Shown: piece after piece, positions 38,315 through 48,286 of the stretch
Layout of the letters: every line of letters starts with the position of its first letter
Position numbering within the stretch: the first letter of the stretch is position 1
Origin: Spirochaetia bacterium
GTDB lineage: Bacteria; Spirochaetota; Spirochaetia; CADAEX01
Assembly (NCBI GenBank): GCA_045606105.1
Contig: JAZURI010000002.1
Span: 266,823-330,822, forward strand
Direction of reading: 5' to 3'
Length of the DNA: 64,000 nt
Position numbers and translations under genes: made by a program
The notes under the pieces: generated by a model
What the model saw: only the letters and a program-made list of their open reading frames with translations
What the model was told of the DNA's origin: nothing
The model's database searches: none

Positions 38315-40912
38315 TCAAAGCTTCTTTGCGATTTCTCTGATTTCGTAAATCTCGATAATATCGCCTTCATTGATATCGTTGAAATTCTCAAGACCGATAC
38401 CGCATTCATATCCCTTGTCAACTTCCTTGACATCGTCCTTGATACGCTTGAGTGAAGAAATCTTTCCGTTGAAGATTTCGATATCGTCCCTGTATACATG
38501 GGCAATGGCATTGCGCTTGACCTTACCGGAGGTAACATAGGAACCGGCAATGACACCGACCTTAGGTACCTTGAATGTGGCTCTGACCTCAACTGTACCG
38601 ATCTGCTCTTCCTTGAGTTCCGGTGCAAGCATACCCTCCATGGCGGTCTTGATATCCTCAACAGCATCGTAGATGATGTTGTATTTCTTGATTTCTACCT
38701 TTTCCTGTTCTGCAAGGAGCTGGGCCTTGGCTGTAGGACGGACATGGAAACCGATGATGATGGCATTTGAAGCCGAAGCAAGGTTTACGTCGTTTTCTAC
38801 AATGGCACCTGCCGATGCATGGATGATATGAAGACGGATTTCCTTTGTGGAAAGCTTCTCCAGTGTGGACTTGAGTGCCTCAACCGATCCCTGAACATCA
38901 CTCTTGATGATAACCTTGAGCTCCTGGATTTCTCCGTCCTGGATGGAATCGTAGAGGTTGTCCAGTGTAACCTTCTTGACATTCTTGGCTGCACCGATTC
39001 TTTCAAGCTCCTGACGCTTTTCACCGATATGACGGGCATATTTCTCGTTTTCGGTAACCTGGAACGGATCTCCCGAATTAGGAAGTCCCATGAATCCGAG
39101 AATCTCTACAGGAGTAGAAGGACCTGCTTCGGTTATCTTTTCTCCCCTGTCGTTGAACATGGCCCTTACCTTTCCTGCATATACACCGGCAACAAAGGCA
39201 TCTCCGACCCTGAGTGTACCTCTCTGGATAAGTACGGTGGAAACCATACCTCTTCCCTGGTCAACCCTGGACTCGATGATCTTTCCTTCCGCACGGCAGT
39301 TAGGATTTGCCTTGAGTTCAAGGATATCGGCCTCGATAAGGATATTTTCGAGAAGATCGTCAATACCCTGCTTCTTGAGTGCTGAAATAGGACAATAGAT
39401 GGTGTCTCCGCCCCAGTCCTCAGGAATAAGGTTGTATTCCGAAAGCTGCTGCTTTACCCTGTCTGCGTTTGATTCGTAAAGGTCCATCTTGTTTACGGCA
39501 ACGATGATAGGAACATTGGCTTCCTTTGCATGGTTGATGGCCTCGATGGTCTGAGGCATTACACCGTCATTGGCCGCAACGACGAGAACTACGATATCTG
39601 TAAGATGGGCACCTCTGGCACGCATCTGTGTGAAGGCCTCGTGACCCGGAGTATCCAGGAATACGATGCTCCTTCCGTTGATCATTACCTTGTATGCACC
39701 GATATGCTGAGTAATTCCGCCGTACTCGGATGCTGCAACGTTTGCAGATCTGATGGCATCCAGCAGCTTTGTCTTACCGTGGTCTACATGCCCCATTACT
39801 GTAACTACAGGTGATCTTTCCACGATATCTGCATCATCGCCCTTGTCTGTCTCAACAAGAGTCTGCTCATAAAGGGAAACGATATTTACCTTGCAGTCGT
39901 ATTCGGAAGCAAGGATTTCTGCAGATTCCGCATCCACCTGCTGGTTGATGGTAACCATCATACCCATGGAAATGAACTTTGTAATAACCTCGGAAGCCTT
40001 CAGGTTGAGCTTCTTTGCAAGCTCGGAAACTGTGATGACCTCCATGATATCAATACTTTTAGGAACCGGATTTGCCTTCTGGACATCCTTTTTCTTGATC
40101 TGAAAGTTCTTTTCTATTTCTTCAATATTCTCTTTTCTGTTTTTCTGGTAATCAGCCTTTTTCTTGGTCTTGAAAAATTTCTTGTTACCTGTTCTTGATG
40201 CCATTTCCGGCGGCATTTCGGAAGGACCTTCTGTACGTGGTCTGAAACCACCCTGACCCTGACCTTCGCCTCTCGGTCTGAAGCTGCCCTGACCCTGGCC
40301 TTCGCCTCTTGGTCTGAAACCGCCCTGACCCTGGCCTTCGCCTCTCGGTCTGAAGCCGCCCTGACCCTGGTTTTCGCCCCTTGGTCTGTATCCGCCCGGC
40401 TGTCCTACCCAACCGCTCTTGTCGGCTCTTTCGCCCCTTGGTCTGTATCCGCCCGGCTGTCCTGTCCAACCGCTCTTGTCGGCTCTTTCGCCCCTTGGTC
40501 TGTATCCGCCCGGCTGGCCTGTCCATTCTCCGCGAGGACGGTTTTCGCCACGGAAATTATTACCCTGTCTTGGGTTCTGACTCTGTCCCGATGTCTGGTT
40601 GTGAGGAGGTGTATGAGGTTGATTCTGAGGCTGAGGAGCTTCCTTCTTTGCCTGAGGTTCCGGAGCAGGTGCGCTTGCAGGCTGCTGTACCGGAGCTGCC
40701 GGCTGTGGATTGGCTGCAGCTGGAGTTTCCTTCTTTGCCTGAGGTTCCGGAGCAGGTGTCTCTTTCTTTGCGACAACAACTTTTTTCTTTACAACCACAA
40801 CTTTTTTCTTTTTCTGTTCTGTTACTTCTACAGGTTCAGTTTTTTCAACCTCTTTTTTAGGCTGTTTGATCAGAGTTGCTTTAGGTTTTTCGATTTTATT
40901 ATCTTCCGACAT
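38315..40912 (-). CDS. infB: translation initiation factor IF-2
   Basis: [41 protein letters not shown] and GYECG. Confidence 0.99.
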   Translation of the reverse strand: MSEDNKIEKPKATLIKQPKKEVEKTEPVEVTEQKKKKVVVVKKKVVVAKKETPAPEPQAKKETPAAANPQPAAPVQQPASAPAPEPQAKKEAPQPQNQPHTPPHNQTSGQSQNPRQGNNFRGENRPRGEWTGQPGGYRPRGERADKSGWTGQPGGYRPRGERADKSGWVGQPGGYRPRGENQGQGGFRPRGEGQGQGGFRPRGEGQGQGSFRPRGEGQGQGGFRPRTEGPSEMPPEMASRTGNKKFFKTKKKADYQKNRKENIEEIEKNFQIKKKDVQKANPVPKSIDIMEVITVSELAKKLNLKASEVITKFISMGMMVTINQQVDAESAEILASEYDCKVNIVSLYEQTLVETDKGDDADIVERSPVVTVMGHVDHGKTKLLDAIRSANVAASEYGGITQHIGAYKVMINGRSIVFLDTPGHEAFTQMRARGAHLTDIVVLVVAANDGVMPQTIEAINHAKEANVPIIVAVNKMDLYESNADRVKQQLSEYNLIPEDWGGDTIYCPISALKKQGIDDLLENILIEADILELKANPNCRAEGKIIESRVDQGRGMVSTVLIQRGTLRVGDAFVAGVYAGKVRAMFNDRGEKITEAGPSTPVEILGFMGLPNSGDPFQVTENEKYARHIGEKRQELERIGAAKNVKKVTLDNLYDSIQDGEIQELKVIIKSDVQGSVEALKSTLEKLSTKEIRLHIIHASAGAIVENDVNLASASNAIIIGFHVRPTAKAQLLAEQEKVEIKKYNIIYDAVEDIKTAMEGMLAPELKEEQIGTVEVRATFKVPKVGVIAGSYVTSGKVKRNAIAHVYRDDIEIFNGKISSLKRIKDDVKEVDKGYECGIGLENFNDINEGDIIEIYEIREIAKKL
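40227..40370 (-). repeat. 4 x 36-bp in-frame tandem repeat in infB ([12 protein letters not shown])
   Basis: ccttcgcctct recurs at 40263, 40299 and 40335 (period 36). Confidence 0.9.
40373..40526 (-). repeat. about 2.7 x 57-bp in-frame tandem repeat in infB ([19 protein letters not shown])
   Basis: ttggtctgtatccgcccggc recurs at 40381, 40438 and 40495 (period 57). Confidence 0.9.
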
Positions 40913-40931
40913 ATAATTAATTCAACCTCTT

Positions 40932-42410
40932 TTATTCTTCTTCACCGTTTTCTTCGATTTCTTCTTCCTCATCTTCGAAGCTGAACTCAACTCCGCAGTT
41001 AGGACAACATGTCATATCTTCTGTAATAGGCTTTCCGCATTCAGGACATTCGTACATTGCCTCTGTCTCGTCCGCTTCATCCTCTTCTTCGTAATCATCT
41101 ATGTCATCTTCGACAATTTCAACATTTTCTTCAATGACAGATCTGATAAGCTCAAAATCGGCCTTTGAGAAGCCTTCGATTTCAAGCAGTCTGCTTTCGC
41201 TCATGGAGATGAATGTCTCGATGTCTGTTATGCCGTTTTCTTCGAGAAGCCTGATGAGTTCCGCAGGAACACCCGGAAGCTCTGCAATTCTTGTGATTTC
41301 CTCTTCCTGCTCCTGTTCCTCTCCGTTGAAGAGCTCTGTAAATGCCTTCTTGTCTTCTGCAAAGAAATCCATTTCCTGGAACTGTGATTCTGTCTTTACA
41401 TCAATGTTCCAGTCCACCAGACGGTTGGCCAGTCTTACATTGAGACCCTGTTTTCCGATAGCCAGTGAAAGCTGGGAATCGTCCACAACGGCAAGGGCCT
41501 GTCTTTTTGCCTCATCCACGATGAAAACCTGCTGAACCTCGGCAGGAGAAAGGGCATTCTTGATATAGAGCTTAGGATCGGTTTCATATCTGAGAACATC
41601 GATCTTCTCCCCTTCCATTTCCCTTACTACGGACTGGATTCTGGCACCCTTGAGACCTACGCATGCACCTACCGGGTCAATGTCATCACGGTGTGTGTAT
41701 ACTGCCATCTTCACCCTGTAACCCGGTTCGCGGACAATCTTGAAGATTTCGATGGTCTTGTCGGCAATTTCCGGAACCTCGATCTCGAAAAGCTTCTTCA
41801 CGAAATCGGTATGGGTTCTGGAAAGGATGATATTGAGACTGTTTTCTGTTTTTTCCACCTCATGGACAAGAGCCTTGATCCTGTCATTGGCCTTGTATGT
41901 CTCACGAGGAGACTGGAATCTCTTAGGAAGAATTCCCTCGGTCTTTCCCAGATCCATATAGATGTTTCCGTTATGCTCTCTCTGGTAATAACCGATGATC
42001 ATTTCCCCCACTCTTTCGATATATTCGGAATAAAGGGCATTCTTGTTTATATCCTTCACCCTCTGGCTGATTCTCTGTTTTGCGCTCTGTACCTCAAGTC
42101 TGTCGAAGGTGTTGGGATTGATGGTAATGAGAAGTTCATCTCCGATTTCACAGTTGCTGTCATACTCAAGTGCATCCTCAAGCTCGATTTCTGTTGCATC
42201 ATCAATGACATCATCAACGATTTTTTTCTTTACCTGGATGAAAACCTCAGATTCATCATCGTTGAAGACCACCTCAGCTCCCTCTGTTGAGCCGAATTTT
42301 TTCTTGTAAGCAGCAAGAATCATTTCCTCAATGGTTTTAAGAACCAGATCGTGGGGCAGATTCTTTACCTCTTCAAAATACTTGATTGCTTTTGACAATT
42401 CAGATTCCAT
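40932..42410 (-). CDS. nusA: transcription termination factor NusA with acidic tail and C-terminal Zn ribbon
   Basis: EVPEI....I.I..I.REPG.R.K, DPVGACVG.KG.RI and QLSLAIGKQGLNVRLA; tail CPECG...CPNCG. Confidence 0.98.
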   Translation of the reverse strand: MESELSKAIKYFEEVKNLPHDLVLKTIEEMILAAYKKKFGSTEGAEVVFNDDESEVFIQVKKKIVDDVIDDATEIELEDALEYDSNCEIGDELLITINPNTFDRLEVQSAKQRISQRVKDINKNALYSEYIERVGEMIIGYYQREHNGNIYMDLGKTEGILPKRFQSPRETYKANDRIKALVHEVEKTENSLNIILSRTHTDFVKKLFEIEVPEIADKTIEIFKIVREPGYRVKMAVYTHRDDIDPVGACVGLKGARIQSVVREMEGEKIDVLRYETDPKLYIKNALSPAEVQQVFIVDEAKRQALAVVDDSQLSLAIGKQGLNVRLANRLVDWNIDVKTESQFQEMDFFAEDKKAFTELFNGEEQEQEEEITRIAELPGVPAELIRLLEENGITDIETFISMSESRLLEIEGFSKADFELIRSVIEENVEIVEDDIDDYEEEDEADETEAMYECPECGKPITEDMTCCPNCGVEFSFEDEEEEIEENGEEE

Positions 42411-42415
42411 TTTCT

Positions 42416-42883
42416 CTATGCCTCCTCCCAAGAAAAATCCAGCTTCGCCTTTCTGATAAGACTGTACGGTATCTTTTTCCCGGCTTCTTTGTTTATTTCA
42501 ATTTCAATTCCCTCGGAACCGGCGTTCACAAGGGTTCCTGCAATCCATTCGCTCTCCTCTGCAGGGAGGATCTTTACGCGGCGTCCGGTGAAAACGGCAA
42601 ATTCATCGGCACTCTTGATATTCCTGTTTATTCCCGGTGATGAAACCTCGAAATAGACATCCCTGATATTACCGGCCACCTCCATTCTTGCCTGTGCAAG
42701 CCTGTGTACCCGTTCGCAGTCACTTACAGCAACCCCTGCAGGGCTGTAGATAACCAGCGCGATATGAAGCCCGTCCTGTCTGTTTACAGCATTGAGCTCC
42801 ACGATTGAAAATCCAAGTCCCTCCACTACCGGAGAAAGAATTTCATAGTATTTTCCGCTTTTGTCTGCAAAATCCATTTTCAC
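42416..42883 (-). CDS. rimP: ribosome maturation factor RimP
   Basis: GV...DCE, Y.EVSSPGINR and I.KAKL. Confidence 0.95.
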   Translation of the reverse strand: MKMDFADKSGKYYEILSPVVEGLGFSIVELNAVNRQDGLHIALVIYSPAGVAVSDCERVHRLAQARMEVAGNIRDVYFEVSSPGINRNIKSADEFAVFTGRRVKILPAEESEWIAGTLVNAGSEGIEIEINKEAGKKIPYSLIRKAKLDFSWEEA

Positions 42884-42888
42884 CCACT

Positions 42889-42918
42889 AAAAAAGGAGTC
42901 CGTTTCCGTGACTCCTTT
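42889..42918 (-). promoter_or_regulatory. terminator-like leader hairpin directly upstream of rimP (rimP-leader type attenuator)
   Basis: Minus strand AAAGGAGTC-ACGGAAACG-GACTCCTTT followed by TTT, ending about 5 nt before the rimP start. Confidence 0.65.
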
Positions 42919-42968
42919 AATACCAATATAATATTAAATGTTACTTTAATATAGATGACAACAGAATT

Positions 42969-43676
42969 TTAATCAAGTGCCAAAGTTATAACATCCGCTT
43001 TTTTTGCCCCCTTTTCCTCCAGGACCCTGCAGCATACGGAAGCTGTGGTTCCCGTTGTAAAGATATCATCCACAAAGAAGACCTGTTTCCCCTCCGCGGC
43101 GTCCCTGAACCGGCGTATCTCCTTTTCCTTCATATATATCTTTCCCTCCAGTTCCTTCTTTCTCTCATCCCGGTTCAGGAGCTTCAGCTGCCTTCCCCGG
43201 TAACGCCGCAGCCCTGCGAATACCGATGCTCCGTATTTACGCTTCAGGATACGGCAGACAAGAAGCATATGGTTGTATCCCTTTTCCTTCATCCTTTTTC
43301 TGCTGCATGGGGCAGGAACCAGCAGTACCGGCATTCCGTCCGCATGCTTTTCAAGAAACCGGTGTATCATAAGGGCAAAAAGCCGGGCAAGCTTTCGCCT
43401 GTCTTTGAATTTGTACAAGCCGATAACCTTTTTCAGGCTGCCGCAGTATTCTCCCAGGCTGTAATTGGCACCGAAGGCAAAATCCTCATTCCGGCAACGC
43501 ATGCATATTTCAGACTCCGAAACCAGCTGACGGCTGCATTTACGGCATCCCGGAGCAGCTTTCGGGGCAAAGACAATTCCTGAAAAGCATCGTCTGCAAA
43601 GGGCATAATGCCGGGAAAAGAGATCTGTACGGCCGCAGAGGAGACATCCCTCGTCAAAGATAACTGATAAAATCAT
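42969..43676 (-). CDS. comF: ComF/ComFC-family protein (Zn finger plus PRTase-like domain)
   Basis: CLLCG...CRRC, CRKC...CMRC, YKF, KGYNH and VDDIFTTGTT. Confidence 0.9.
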   Translation of the reverse strand: MILSVIFDEGCLLCGRTDLFSRHYALCRRCFSGIVFAPKAAPGCRKCSRQLVSESEICMRCRNEDFAFGANYSLGEYCGSLKKVIGLYKFKDRRKLARLFALMIHRFLEKHADGMPVLLVPAPCSRKRMKEKGYNHMLLVCRILKRKYGASVFAGLRRYRGRQLKLLNRDERKKELEGKIYMKEKEIRRFRDAAEGKQVFFVDDIFTTGTTASVCCRVLEEKGAKKADVITLALD

Positions 43677-43715
43677 ATCAATGACAAGGGTAAAAATGAT
43701 ATTTCTGATTCAGTA

Positions 43716-45542
43716 TTATTCTACCGTAACGCTTTTTGCAAGATTCTGAGGCTGATCCACGTCACGGCCCAGCTCAAGGGCTGAATAGTATGCAAGGAAC
43801 TGAAGCGGAATACTCATGAGGAACGGATAAATATATTCGGCAGCCTTAGGCACCTCGATAATGTCATCGGCAATTCCCTGTACTGAGGTATCTCCCTTTG
43901 TGGCTACGGCAATAATCTTACCGCCTCTGGATTTAACCTCCTTCATGCTGGAGATAATCTTGTCATGAAGCCTGTCATCAGGAACCAGGAAAAGGGACGG
44001 TGTCTTCTCGTTGATCAATGCAATGGGACCGTGCTTTATTTCCGCCGCACTGAAGCCCTCCGCATGGATATATGAGATCTCCTTGAGCTTGAGAGCCCCT
44101 TCCATTGCCACAGGATAATTGAGTCCGCGGCCCAGGAAAAGGAAGCTTTCGGTATGGCAGTATTTTGCCGCTATTTCCCCGATTTTTTCCGCACCGAGGA
44201 AAATCTCTTCTATTTTGGAAGGAAGCAGTTCCATCTCCTCGATAAATTCGGCCCCCTTTTCATAGGACATGTCACGGAGTCTTGCCATGATAAGGGTAAA
44301 AATATAGAAGGCTGTCATCTGTGATGTAAAAGCCTTGGTGGATGCAACCGCAATTTCGGGACCGGAATGGATATATACTCCTCCGTCCGATTCCCTGGCA
44401 ATGGTTGAACCTACCACATTGCAGATTCCCAGAACCTTGGCACCCCGTCTCTGGAGCTCCCTCATGGCATAAAGGGTATCTGCTGTCTCACCGGACTGGG
44501 AAACGGCAAAATAAAGAGTATTCTTTTCGATAACAGAGTTTCTGTATCTGATTTCGGAAGCAATTTCGGCACGGGCCGGAATTCTGGCCATTGTTTCAAG
44601 AAGAAGCGCCGCCACCATACCGGCATGGTATGAGGTTCCTGCAGCAATTATTACCACACGCTCTATTTTAAGAAGCTCCTCTGAGGTCAGGTTGAGACCG
44701 CCCAGGTGACCTGTGGCATTTTCCCTGTCCAGACGACCGCTCATTCCCCTTACTATGGACTTGCTCTGTTCAAAGATTTCCTTGAGCATGAAATGGTCGT
44801 AACCGCTTTTCTCGAAGGATTCTGCTTTCCATTCTATTATGTCGATATCCTTTTCTATCTCGTTTTCATCAAGATCCATGGTACGGAAGCTGTCAGGTGT
44901 GATTGTAACCACCTCTCCGTCCTGGAGATAAATTACCTGCTTTGTATGTGAAATAATGGCAGAGGCATCGGAAGCCAGGAACATTTCATCATCGCCCACA
45001 CCCATGATAAGAGGAGAACCGTTTCTGGCACCAACCATCATGTCGGGATGATTCCTGTGCATTACCACGATACCGTAGGTTCCCTTGAGAAGACTCAGGG
45101 TTTCAAGAACTGCCTTTGTAAGGTCTCCCTTATAGCAGGTCTCCACCAGATGTGCGATTACCTCAGTATCGGTTTCGGAGCGGAACACATGCCCTTTTTT
45201 CTGAAGCAGGGACCTGAGCTCCTCGAAATTTTCGATAATACCGTTATGGACAATGGCGATATTGCCGCTGCAGTCTGTATGAGGATGGGCATTGGCCTCT
45301 GTAACACCGCCGTGGGTTGCCCACCTTGTATGGCCTATACCGTTGTGACCGAAAGGGCGTTCCGGTACCACGGAGAGAAGATTCCTGATTTTTCCTGTTG
45401 CCTTGATGATTCTGAATCCGTCGGGATAACCGCCCACACAGATTCCCGAGGAGTCATATCCTCTGTATTCAAGTCTTTTAAGTCCTTCGAGAATAACCTC
45501 AGAAGCAGGTTTTCTTCCACAGTATCCGATAATTCCGCACAT
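43716..45542 (-). CDS. glmS: glutamine-fructose-6-phosphate transaminase
   Basis: MCGIIG, LEYRGYDSSG, GHTRWATHG, SQSGETADT, EGALKLKEISY and NLAKSVTVE. Confidence 0.99.
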   Translation of the reverse strand: MCGIIGYCGRKPASEVILEGLKRLEYRGYDSSGICVGGYPDGFRIIKATGKIRNLLSVVPERPFGHNGIGHTRWATHGGVTEANAHPHTDCSGNIAIVHNGIIENFEELRSLLQKKGHVFRSETDTEVIAHLVETCYKGDLTKAVLETLSLLKGTYGIVVMHRNHPDMMVGARNGSPLIMGVGDDEMFLASDASAIISHTKQVIYLQDGEVVTITPDSFRTMDLDENEIEKDIDIIEWKAESFEKSGYDHFMLKEIFEQSKSIVRGMSGRLDRENATGHLGGLNLTSEELLKIERVVIIAAGTSYHAGMVAALLLETMARIPARAEIASEIRYRNSVIEKNTLYFAVSQSGETADTLYAMRELQRRGAKVLGICNVVGSTIARESDGGVYIHSGPEIAVASTKAFTSQMTAFYIFTLIMARLRDMSYEKGAEFIEEMELLPSKIEEIFLGAEKIGEIAAKYCHTESFLFLGRGLNYPVAMEGALKLKEISYIHAEGFSAAEIKHGPIALINEKTPSLFLVPDDRLHDKIISSMKEVKSRGGKIIAVATKGDTSVQGIADDIIEVPKAAEYIYPFLMSIPLQFLAYYSALELGRDVDQPQNLAKSVTVE

Positions 45543-45637
45543 AAGCTGTTCCTTTTTATCCTTTTCTATATTATTTATCGGCAGTTTATTCTGAAGCAAA
45601 ACAACTATTTTCCGATTTATTCCCTGCAGAGGAAACT

Positions 45638-46657
45638 ATGATGAAAAAATCGAAGCTTCATGCAGTTCTTGTTCTGCTGCTCCTTTCCTGCTCCCCGATA
45701 CAGGCAGAAAGGAAAGAGGGAGCCGGGACAAACTATCCGCCGGTTATACAGACCCTTGAAAATTCATCCCCGACTGAAATAATTCTTTTATTTGACAAGG
45801 AAGTCAATGCGGAAAAGGAAAATTTTTCCATTATTCCCGAAACAGGAATCAGCACTCTTGTTACGGAGGGAAAATCCCTGACCATAATACCGTCAGAAAA
45901 TCTGAAACCGGGCAAGGAATACTTCCTGAGAGGTACGGTTTCCGACAGCACCGACAACTCCATCTCCCTGGGAGCCTCCTTCTACGGCTACAATCCGTAT
46001 CTTCCCGAAGCGGTAATAAACGAATTCACCTCCAACGGCAGCGGAAACCATCCGGATATGGCAGAAATATTCGTTAAAAAAGGGGGCAGCATGGCCGGCA
46101 TCACACTTTATGGAGGGACAAAGAGCAGCTTTGCGGACAAGCTGGTATTTCCGGACCTGGAGGTACAGGCCGGAGATTACATAATAGTACATTTCAAGCC
46201 GGAGGGGCTGGATACGGAAATAAATGAAACCATAGCCATGGATGCAGCCTCGGGACGGGATTCCTCAGATACGGCCTGGGATTTCTGGATAACCAACGGA
46301 AGCGGTCTTTCCGGCAACAACGGTATAATCTCCCTGTATACCAATCCTTACGGAAAAATGATGGATTGTGTTATCTATACCAACAGAAGCTCCGATTCAG
46401 ATACCTCCTACAGAGGCTTCGGAAGTACAAAATTCATGCTTCAGGCTGATGAAGCAGTTTCTGAAGGGGGCTGGAAAAAGCAGGGGGAAGCCATTGCTCC
46501 CGAAGACTGCGTAAGATCGGATCTCTCCACCGCCACCAGATCGGTCTGCAGGAACAGCCTGTCGGAGGATACCGATTCGGCATCGGACTGGCATACGGTT
46601 CCCACATCGAAATTTTCCTTCGGGGAAAAAAATAACGACGATGTGTATGTTAAATAA
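45638..46657 (+). CDS. lipoprotein with Ig-like domain and lamin-tail-like domain
   Basis: Lipobox LLSC; Ig-like PP.I....I.L.FDKEV...L.PGKEY.L...V.D...N; LTD-like VINEF....D.AEI...GDYIIV...LSGNNG.ISL. Confidence 0.65.
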   Translation: MMKKSKLHAVLVLLLLSCSPIQAERKEGAGTNYPPVIQTLENSSPTEIILLFDKEVNAEKENFSIIPETGISTLVTEGKSLTIIPSENLKPGKEYFLRGTVSDSTDNSISLGASFYGYNPYLPEAVINEFTSNGSGNHPDMAEIFVKKGGSMAGITLYGGTKSSFADKLVFPDLEVQAGDYIIVHFKPEGLDTEINETIAMDAASGRDSSDTAWDFWITNGSGLSGNNGIISLYTNPYGKMMDCVIYTNRSSDSDTSYRGFGSTKFMLQADEAVSEGGWKKQGEAIAPEDCVRSDLSTATRSVCRNSLSEDTDSASDWHTVPTSKFSFGEKNNDDVYVK

Positions 46658-46685
46658 AAAAACCCCTTTGCATTTAATAATAATA

Positions 46686-46694
46686 TGGTATAAT
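46686..46694 (+). promoter_or_regulatory. extended -10 promoter of the NhaC-family gene
   Basis: TGgTATAAT followed by SD AGGAGA before ATG 46726. Confidence 0.5.
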
Positions 46695-46725
46695 ATGACT
46701 TGTTAAATCAATAGGAGATATTCAG

Positions 46726-48225
46726 ATGGAAACAAATTTCGGATTTCTGTCCATTCTTCCTCCGATTATTGCCATTTCACTGGCATTGATAACCAAGGAA
46801 GTTTACTCTTCCCTTTTTATCGGTATCGTAATCGGCGGACTGCTTTTCGCAGGGGGATCATTCCCTGTATTCTTTAACCATGTCATTCAGGATGGTTTAA
46901 TTTCACAGCTTTCTGACAGCTGGAATGTAGGTATTCTCATTTTCCTCGTAATTCTCGGTATAATGGGATGTCTCATGAACAAGGCCGGTGGTTCCGCAGC
47001 ATTCGGACTCTGGGCAAGCAAACACATCAAATCAAAGGTCGGAGCTCAGCTTTCTACTATTTTCCTGGGTATCCTTATTTTTATTGATGACTATTTCAAC
47101 TGTCTTACAGTCGGCAGTGTAATGAAGCCGGTAACAAAAAAATTCGGCGTTTCCAGAGAAAAGCTGGCTTATCTCATTGACTCCACAGCAGCACCTATCT
47201 GTATCATTGCTCCGATCAGTTCCTGGGCAGCGGCAGTTGCAGGTTTCGTTACACAGGGCGAAAACGGAATTTCCCTTTTCTGCAAGGCTATTCCTTTCAA
47301 CTTCTATGCGCTCTTTACAATCATAATGATGATTCTTGTCGTAAAGATGGACTTTGACTACGGCCCGATGAAAAAGTTTGAGAATGCAGTCAGACTGGCT
47401 ACAGCAGACAAGGATGAGGAAGAACTCAGCAAAATGGGCAACGGAAGATCCATTGACCTGGTACTCCCGATTATCCTTCTCATCATCATGTGTACACTGG
47501 GTATGATCTATACAGGCGGTTTCTTCGCAACAGGAGAAGAAAAGGCAAACTTTGTTGAAGCATTCGGAAACAGTGATGCTTCAGTAGGTCTGGTTATCGG
47601 TTCCATGGGAGCCCTTATCCTTACATTGGCATTCTATCTTCCTAGACGTGTACTTACACTTAAGGAATGTATGCAGTGTGTTCCTGAAGGATTCAAGAAC
47701 ATGGTTGCACCTATTCTTATCCTTTCACTGGCATGGACACTGAAGTCAATGACAGACAGCCTCGGAGCCACAACATATATTGCAGGTATCGTTGAAAACA
47801 GCGCCGGCAACCTCATGAATTTCCTCCCTGCCATTATCTTCATAATCGCAGGCTTCCTCGCCTTCTCAACAGGTACATCATGGGGAACTTTCGGTATCCT
47901 TATTCCGATCTGTATTGCAGTATTCCCGGATTCAAGCAATGCACTCCGCATCATTTCAATCTCAGCTTGTATGGCAGGTGCAGTATGCGGTGACCACTGT
48001 TCACCTATCTCAGATACAACCATCATGTCATCTGCAGGTGCTGAATGTGACCATGTAAACCATGTTGCATCACAGCTTCCTTATGCACTGACAGTTGCTG
48101 CAATTTCCTTCGTGACATATATCGTTGCAGGATTCACACAGAACGCAGTTGTATCCCTGGTATTCGGAGGAGTTCTTCTTTTCGGATGCATGCTGATGCT
48201 TAAAAAGAAATTCAATAAAAACTAA
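46726..48225 (+). CDS. Na+/H+ antiporter NhaC-family transporter (possibly an amino-acid transporter)
   Basis: SILPP..AI.LA..TKEV, FIDDYFN.L.VG, SREKLAY.IDSTAAP, GTSWGTF.I and GDHCSPISDTTIMSS. Confidence 0.92.
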   Translation: METNFGFLSILPPIIAISLALITKEVYSSLFIGIVIGGLLFAGGSFPVFFNHVIQDGLISQLSDSWNVGILIFLVILGIMGCLMNKAGGSAAFGLWASKHIKSKVGAQLSTIFLGILIFIDDYFNCLTVGSVMKPVTKKFGVSREKLAYLIDSTAAPICIIAPISSWAAAVAGFVTQGENGISLFCKAIPFNFYALFTIIMMILVVKMDFDYGPMKKFENAVRLATADKDEEELSKMGNGRSIDLVLPIILLIIMCTLGMIYTGGFFATGEEKANFVEAFGNSDASVGLVIGSMGALILTLAFYLPRRVLTLKECMQCVPEGFKNMVAPILILSLAWTLKSMTDSLGATTYIAGIVENSAGNLMNFLPAIIFIIAGFLAFSTGTSWGTFGILIPICIAVFPDSSNALRIISISACMAGAVCGDHCSPISDTTIMSSAGAECDHVNHVASQLPYALTVAAISFVTYIVAGFTQNAVVSLVFGGVLLFGCMLMLKKKFNKN

Positions 48226-48245
48226 ACATTTCTCATAAAAAAATT

Positions 48246-48277
48246 AAGGCAACCTTTCCGGGTTGCCTTTTTTATTT
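48246..48277 (+). terminator. intrinsic terminator between convergent genes
   Basis: AAGGCAACC-TTTCCG-GGTTGCCTT followed by TTTTATTTT. Confidence 0.85.
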
Positions 48278-48286
48278 TCGTTTGTT

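Noticed and set aside
40227-40526. 36-bp and 57-bp repeats as a possible CRISPR array
   Set aside because: Contiguous in-frame tandem units with no unique spacers, inside infB, and no cas genes
45543-45637. glmS ribozyme
   Set aside because: Only 95 nt of AT-rich divergent intergenic DNA, with no ribozyme core recognisable
46658-46725. Lysine/SAM riboswitch or T-box before the NhaC-family gene
   Set aside because: The 68-nt gap holds only a promoter and SD; there is no room for one
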